From: Spirochaetia bacterium
Lineage (GTDB): Bacteria; Spirochaetota; Spirochaetia; UBA9216
Direction of reading: 5' to 3'
Length of the DNA: 64,000 nt
Assembly: GCA_965140585.1 (NCBI GenBank)
Contig: OZ223264.1
Location: 864,001-928,000 of the forward strand
Within the stretch, counting starts at the first letter, position 1. Every line of letters starts with the position of its first letter. Under the pieces are notes generated by a model. That model had not been told where the DNA came from, made no database searches, and saw only the letters and a program-made list of their open reading frames with translations. Made by a program: the position numbers and the translations under genes. This document shows positions 59,997 to 64,000 of this stretch, piece after piece.

Positions 59997-60247
59997 TTAA
60001 GCCTCCTGCTTCTATTAAAGCAATAGCTGTGCCAGAAAGTGGAGAAAAATTGCAGATAATAGAGTTTGAAAAATGCCTTAATCGGTGTTTAATAAGGTTG
60101 AAAAAGAATAAAAATACAGTTTATTTATGTAATACGAATATAGGTTTTATGAGAGATAATTCCCCGGGTTTTCCTTTTTCATATTGATAATGATGTGATT
60201 GAGCTGTCTATCATTTTGATAATAAGTTTCCTGAAAAAACGGTTAGT

Positions 60248-61654
60248 TTAAAAACTCACAGTCAGTGCTAAAGAGCCGGCCCAGAGAACAGGCTTTTCAC
60301 TAAGCTCAGAACTGAATGCTCCGTCCGGGGAGTAGCCGGGGGCAAAGGCGCTTACGGCAGCTGCTGCAGTCAGGTCTGAAAGAAGCTGCCATGTCAGATT
60401 CAGTGAAGCTTCTGTCCCGAGGTAGGGTGATAGTGAAGCGCTGTCGACACCGTATGCTGATATCGGCGCAACTGATGATCTGAAAAGTGATTTAACAAGA
60501 AGCCTGAATGACAGATTCTGCATCAGGAAACTGGATGAATCAAGAAAGGGGGCTGCTATCCATCCAAGATCGATATACCATGTATTTCCAAGAAGCAGTG
60601 ACAGTACATTTGAAACAGTGACTGTCGAAACAGGGAAGTACGAAGTGTCGGTTCCTGCAGTGTTTCCCTCCTGTAATGCTGTTTTATCCCGGTCGCCGCT
60701 TGAGTAAACAAAATCAGCCTGAAACATGGAAAACAGCAGTTCCGGTGCAGAGAATGACAGGTTTATTCCGCCAGTGAAGGCTGTAATCGGAGTGTAGGCG
60801 TATGAATCCGGAAAGGCTGCTGAAGTGCCGTAGGACATAATCCTTCCGGTTTCAAATACCCCGAATGCAGTGTACCCAAGCCTGTTTCCTATTGCTCCGC
60901 TGTTCAGCAGTTCTGCATGCAGGGTATCTATCAGTCCGCCAAGATGCTGAGACTCAAGGCTCTCTCCTTCAGCAATAAGAAACTCGGTACTGTATAAAGC
61001 TCTCAGATCCTTCTGATAAAGGAGGTAGAGACTGAATGCACCGGCTTTTTCGGTAACCGTCTCAGCTTTAGCATAAAACAGGAGTCTGGGGGCCGCCAGG
61101 ACTGTGTAATCCTGACTGCTGTAGTACAGATCAAGAGTGGATATCAGTATTCCTGATTCCTGTTTCCATACAAGCCCGCTGTATGCGGAACCGAGGCTCA
61201 GGCTGATATCTCCGGCTGTGATGTAGGCACTCAGACCGTCCAGCGGCTGACTGAGGATGTGCATTGCAGGATCTGAATGTTGAAATCTGCCTGCCTTCAG
61301 CCCCTTGAACCAGTCTGAAGTTTCCGGTGCAGGAATGTATTGGTAATACAGTTCGGAAGGAAAAATGATATTTGTAATCAGCGAGCCTGAAACTTCTTCA
61401 GCCTGCCAGTCGAAAATTTCTGATTCATACCATCCCAGGGCCAGACTGCCCTGGATAAGCGATTCAGGTGTAAGTTTTTCTCCCGCCTTGAATGTAATTC
61501 CTGTACTCAGGGGGAAACTGAAAGTGACTCCGTCATCTGAAAGTGAAAGGGAGGTTGTCGTATTGCCTCCAAAATCAATTCCATTAACAATTTCAGTTCC
61601 GGACAGAATTAAGATACCTATAAGTATAAGGTGGAAATAACCGGTCTTTTTCAC
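60248..61654 (-). CDS. Exported hypothetical protein, probable outer-membrane beta-barrel
   Basis: Signal peptide, alternating amphipathic strands, GRF..SD, SGD, YLGTE and C-terminal ..SLALTVSF ending in Phe. Confidence 0.62.
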   Translation of the reverse strand: MKKTGYFHLILIGILILSGTEIVNGIDFGGNTTTSLSLSDDGVTFSFPLSTGITFKAGEKLTPESLIQGSLALGWYESEIFDWQAEEVSGSLITNIIFPSELYYQYIPAPETSDWFKGLKAGRFQHSDPAMHILSQPLDGLSAYITAGDISLSLGSAYSGLVWKQESGILISTLDLYYSSQDYTVLAAPRLLFYAKAETVTEKAGAFSLYLLYQKDLRALYSTEFLIAEGESLESQHLGGLIDTLHAELLNSGAIGNRLGYTAFGVFETGRIMSYGTSAAFPDSYAYTPITAFTGGINLSFSAPELLFSMFQADFVYSSGDRDKTALQEGNTAGTDTSYFPVSTVTVSNVLSLLLGNTWYIDLGWIAAPFLDSSSFLMQNLSFRLLVKSLFRSSVAPISAYGVDSASLSPYLGTEASLNLTWQLLSDLTAAAAVSAFAPGYSPDGAFSSELSEKPVLWAGSLALTVSF

Positions 61655-62103
61655 TGGTAGGTATCCCGCCAGTTAATTGCTCTCTGAACAGTTGAAAGCA
61701 GATATTCACCGCTGAAATATGCTGATGGATTCTCTGTCGGTTTGATGATTCCCTTAAATGTCATTTCTTTAAAGGCATATCCCGGATTTTTAAATATTGA
61801 ATACATTATGCCGCCCTTCATTTCAAGAACAGACATCATGGTGCACATAAAGACATCGAGTGGAATTGCTGTGACGTAATTATACTCTTCAAGGCATGAT
61901 GTGCGTAAAGATACCTTATTAAAAGCTGACGCCTCGTCATCAGCAGCAGACAGCTCTCCTGATGCTGCAAGCAGGATATACGACATCTGTCCGGCTGTTA
62001 TCATACTGCTTTCAAGCAGCTGATCAATTGCCTGATTCGATTGTGCAGCTGATAATGCGGCGGAAAGAATAATCATACATATTGCCGCTGTTATTCTCTT
62101 CAT
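61651..62103 (-). CDS. Small exported hypothetical protein (SLH-like spirochaete family)
   Basis: Signal peptide then QS..ID.LL...T.GQ, KGG.MY.IF..P.YA.KE....G, SGE..L; its stop overlaps the next ATG. Confidence 0.6.
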   Translation of the reverse strand: MKRITAAICMIILSAALSAAQSNQAIDQLLESSMITAGQMSYILLAASGELSAADDEASAFNKVSLRTSCLEEYNYVTAIPLDVFMCTMMSVLEMKGGIMYSIFKNPGYAFKEMTFKGIIKPTENPSAYFSGEYLLSTVQRAINWRDTYQ

Positions 62104-62215
62104 GCTTAAATATTAGGCTAAGAAATTTCTATTTTCAAATAGATTTATTATATGCTGTAAATAATGTTATTTTAGTTTGGTAAAAGAATGAATCAGGCAG
62201 TATATGGATGAGAAA

Positions 62216-62261
62216 ATTTTACATATGTAAAATAGACTAAATAAAACTTTACAAAAGTAAA
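62216..62261. promoter_or_regulatory. Two TTTAC-N4-GTAAA operator-like palindromes
   Basis: Perfect 18-bp ATTTTACATATGTAAAAT at 62216-62233 and TTTACAAAAGTAAA at 62248-62261. Confidence 0.55.
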
Positions 62262-62316
62262 TAAATAGATTATATTCGAATCATCCTGATAATAAAGAAA
62301 TTTGACGGGGGGAAAA

Positions 62317-63276
62317 ATGAAGCTGTCAAAACAAATACACAAAGAGCTTCTGCTCAAGATGATGCAGACAAGAGAATTTGAAGAAACTGCGGCCAGACTT
62401 TTCGTAGAAGGAAAGGTCCATGGAACCGCACATTTCAGTATCGGAGAGGAGGCTGCTGCAATAGGAGTATGTCATCCGCTTGAAAAAGAAGACTACATCC
62501 TTCAGACTCACCGAAGTCATAACCAGGCTATAGGTAAGGGAATGGATCTCGGCCGGATGATGGCGGAGTTCCGCGGAAAGGCCACCGGATACTGCAAGGG
62601 CAAGGGTGGAAGTATGCATATAGCGGACTTTTCGGTCGGAAGCCTCGGAGCAAACGGTGTTGTAGGCGGGGGGCTTCCTTTGGCCACCGGCGCTGCTCTT
62701 AAACAGCAGTATAATAAAGAAAATAACATTACAGTCTGTTTCTTCGGAGACGGAGCCTCAAATGAAGGCGCTTTTCATGAGTCTCTGAACCTTGCTTCAG
62801 TATGGAAGCTTCCTGTACTTTTTGTATGTACAAACAACTTTTACGGTATGTCCACAAGTACTAAGCAGTCAATGAATATCGACGATATTTCCATTAGAGC
62901 AACAAGCTATGGAATGAAGGGTATTTCCCTCGACGGAAACGATGTTCTCAAGATCTATGAAGAGACTGTTAAAGCAAAAAAATATGTACTTGAAAACGGA
63001 CCCATGCTGATGGTTCTCAATACCTACCGGTGGCTCGGCCATTCCAAGAGTGACGCCCAGCTGTACAGAACCAAGGATGAGGTTGCTGAATGGAAGGAAA
63101 AATGTCCTATTAAGAGGCATTCCGCTTATCTTCTTGAAAATAAAATAATGACTCAGGCCGAGATTGATGCTATTGCAAAGCAGGCTGCGGATGATGTTGT
63201 TAAGGCCGTTGAGTTTGCCGAGAACAGCCCTGAACCGAAGATCGAGGACATCTTCGACGACGTCTATGCTGATTAA
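62317..63276 (+). CDS. TPP-dependent 2-oxoacid/acetoin dehydrogenase E1 alpha subunit
   Basis: R.FEE, G.EA, THR.H, GKGGSMH, TPP motif GDGA.NEG..N, YRW.GHS.SD. Confidence 0.9.
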   Translation: MKLSKQIHKELLLKMMQTREFEETAARLFVEGKVHGTAHFSIGEEAAAIGVCHPLEKEDYILQTHRSHNQAIGKGMDLGRMMAEFRGKATGYCKGKGGSMHIADFSVGSLGANGVVGGGLPLATGAALKQQYNKENNITVCFFGDGASNEGAFHESLNLASVWKLPVLFVCTNNFYGMSTSTKQSMNIDDISIRATSYGMKGISLDGNDVLKIYEETVKAKKYVLENGPMLMVLNTYRWLGHSKSDAQLYRTKDEVAEWKEKCPIKRHSAYLLENKIMTQAEIDAIAKQAADDVVKAVEFAENSPEPKIEDIFDDVYAD

Positions 63277-63287
63277 AGGAGTTTTAT

Positions 63288-64000
63288 ATGAGAGAAATTA
63301 CATATGCACAGGCAATAAATGAGGCCATGAGTGAGGAAATGCGCCGTGAGAAGAATCTTATTTTTATCGGCGAGGATATAGGTTTATACGGCGGAGCCTT
63401 CGGTGTCTCAAGAGGGATGTTTGAAGAATTCGGTCCTGAAAGAGTCAAGGATACTCCTATTTCGGAGCTTGTAATTGCAGGCTGTGCCGCCGGCGCGTCT
63501 ATGACGGGGCTGCGAACAATAGCTGAGATCATGTTCAGCGATTTTATCACCCTATCAATGGAGCAGCTTGCGAACCAGGCAGCCAAGAACCGTTTTCAGT
63601 TCGGCGGTCAGGCCAATGTTCCAATGGTACTCAGAACCCCCGGCGGTTCAGGAACAGGAGCGGCCGAACAGCACAGCCAGAGTCTTGAAGCCTGGGTAGC
63701 CCATGTTCCTGGGCTTAAGGTTGTCATTCCTTCAACTCCCTACGATGCAAAGGGTCTTCTTAAAACTGCAATACGCGACAACAATCCGGTTGTTTTTATA
63801 GAACAGAAACTTCTTTACAGAGCAAAGGGACCGGTTCCCGAGGTTGAAGAAGAATATACAATTCCCCTGGGAAAGGCTGATGTAAAAAGAGAGGGTAAAG
63901 ATGTTTCCATAATTACCTACGGCCGCATGGCTCCCAGAAGCATAAAGGTTGCTGAAGATCTTGCTAAAGAGGGCATAGATGTTGAAGTTGTAGATATCAG
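63288..64000 (+). CDS. Dehydrogenase E1 beta subunit, 5' part (runs off window)
   Basis: Manual translation [55 protein letters not shown]; AAGGAG RBS. Confidence 0.9.
   Translation, partial: MREITYAQAINEAMSEEMRREKNLIFIGEDIGLYGGAFGVSRGMFEEFGPERVKDTPISELVIAGCAAGASMTGLRTIAEIMFSDFITLSMEQLANQAAKNRFQFGGQANVPMVLRTPGGSGTGAAEQHSQSLEAWVAHVPGLKVVIPSTPYDAKGLLKTAIRDNNPVVFIEQKLLYRAKGPVPEVEEEYTIPLGKADVKREGKDVSIITYGRMAPRSIKVAEDLAKEGIDVEVVDI

Noticed and set aside
789-63586. Many short ORFs in the track that overlap larger genes
   Set aside because: They are antisense or off-frame shadows of well-supported CDSs with no motifs. The exception is 24368-24559, whose end carries the PrpD frameshift continuation.
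1-64000. CRISPR arrays, rRNA, tRNA, riboswitches, prophage or integrase genes
   Set aside because: No spaced short repeats, RNA-gene signatures or phage genes were recognised by eye. A covariance-model search was not possible.

Overview
Gene-dense 64-kb bacterial window. The lipoprotein signals, CHASE2/FecR cluster and anaerobic metabolism suggest a free-living anaerobic spirochaete (inference). No rRNA, tRNA or CRISPR array was seen. In order it holds: (1) an ABC-2 exporter; (2) an IclR-linked catabolic cluster bracketed by two apparently identical 956-bp copies of a DHDPS/NAL-family aldolase gene with diverged promoters; (3) panE, a Dam-type methylase, a decayed restriction-enzyme gene and an IS5; (4) an esterase-rich cluster with a Dpp/Opp ABC importer; (5) a partly decayed AKR/CMD/cupin module; (6) a PflD-clade glycyl radical enzyme (GRE) with an unusual 620-aa ROK-fold protein, MFS, two AraC regulators and DeoC, but no activase; (7) a SorC-regulated kinase / tandem class II aldolase / BON-GlpA-like dehydrogenase operon; (8) deletion scars and an AbfD-like flavoprotein; (9) a six-gene envelope cluster around a CHASE2 adenylate cyclase and a FecR-domain protein; (10) the start of a 2-oxoacid/acetoin dehydrogenase E1 operon. 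The strongest candidates for an undescribed system are the GRE-ROK-DeoC locus, the CHASE2-FecR-lipoprotein locus and the kinase-dehydrogenase-aldolase operon. All family calls come from motif recognition by eye; no database searches were run.
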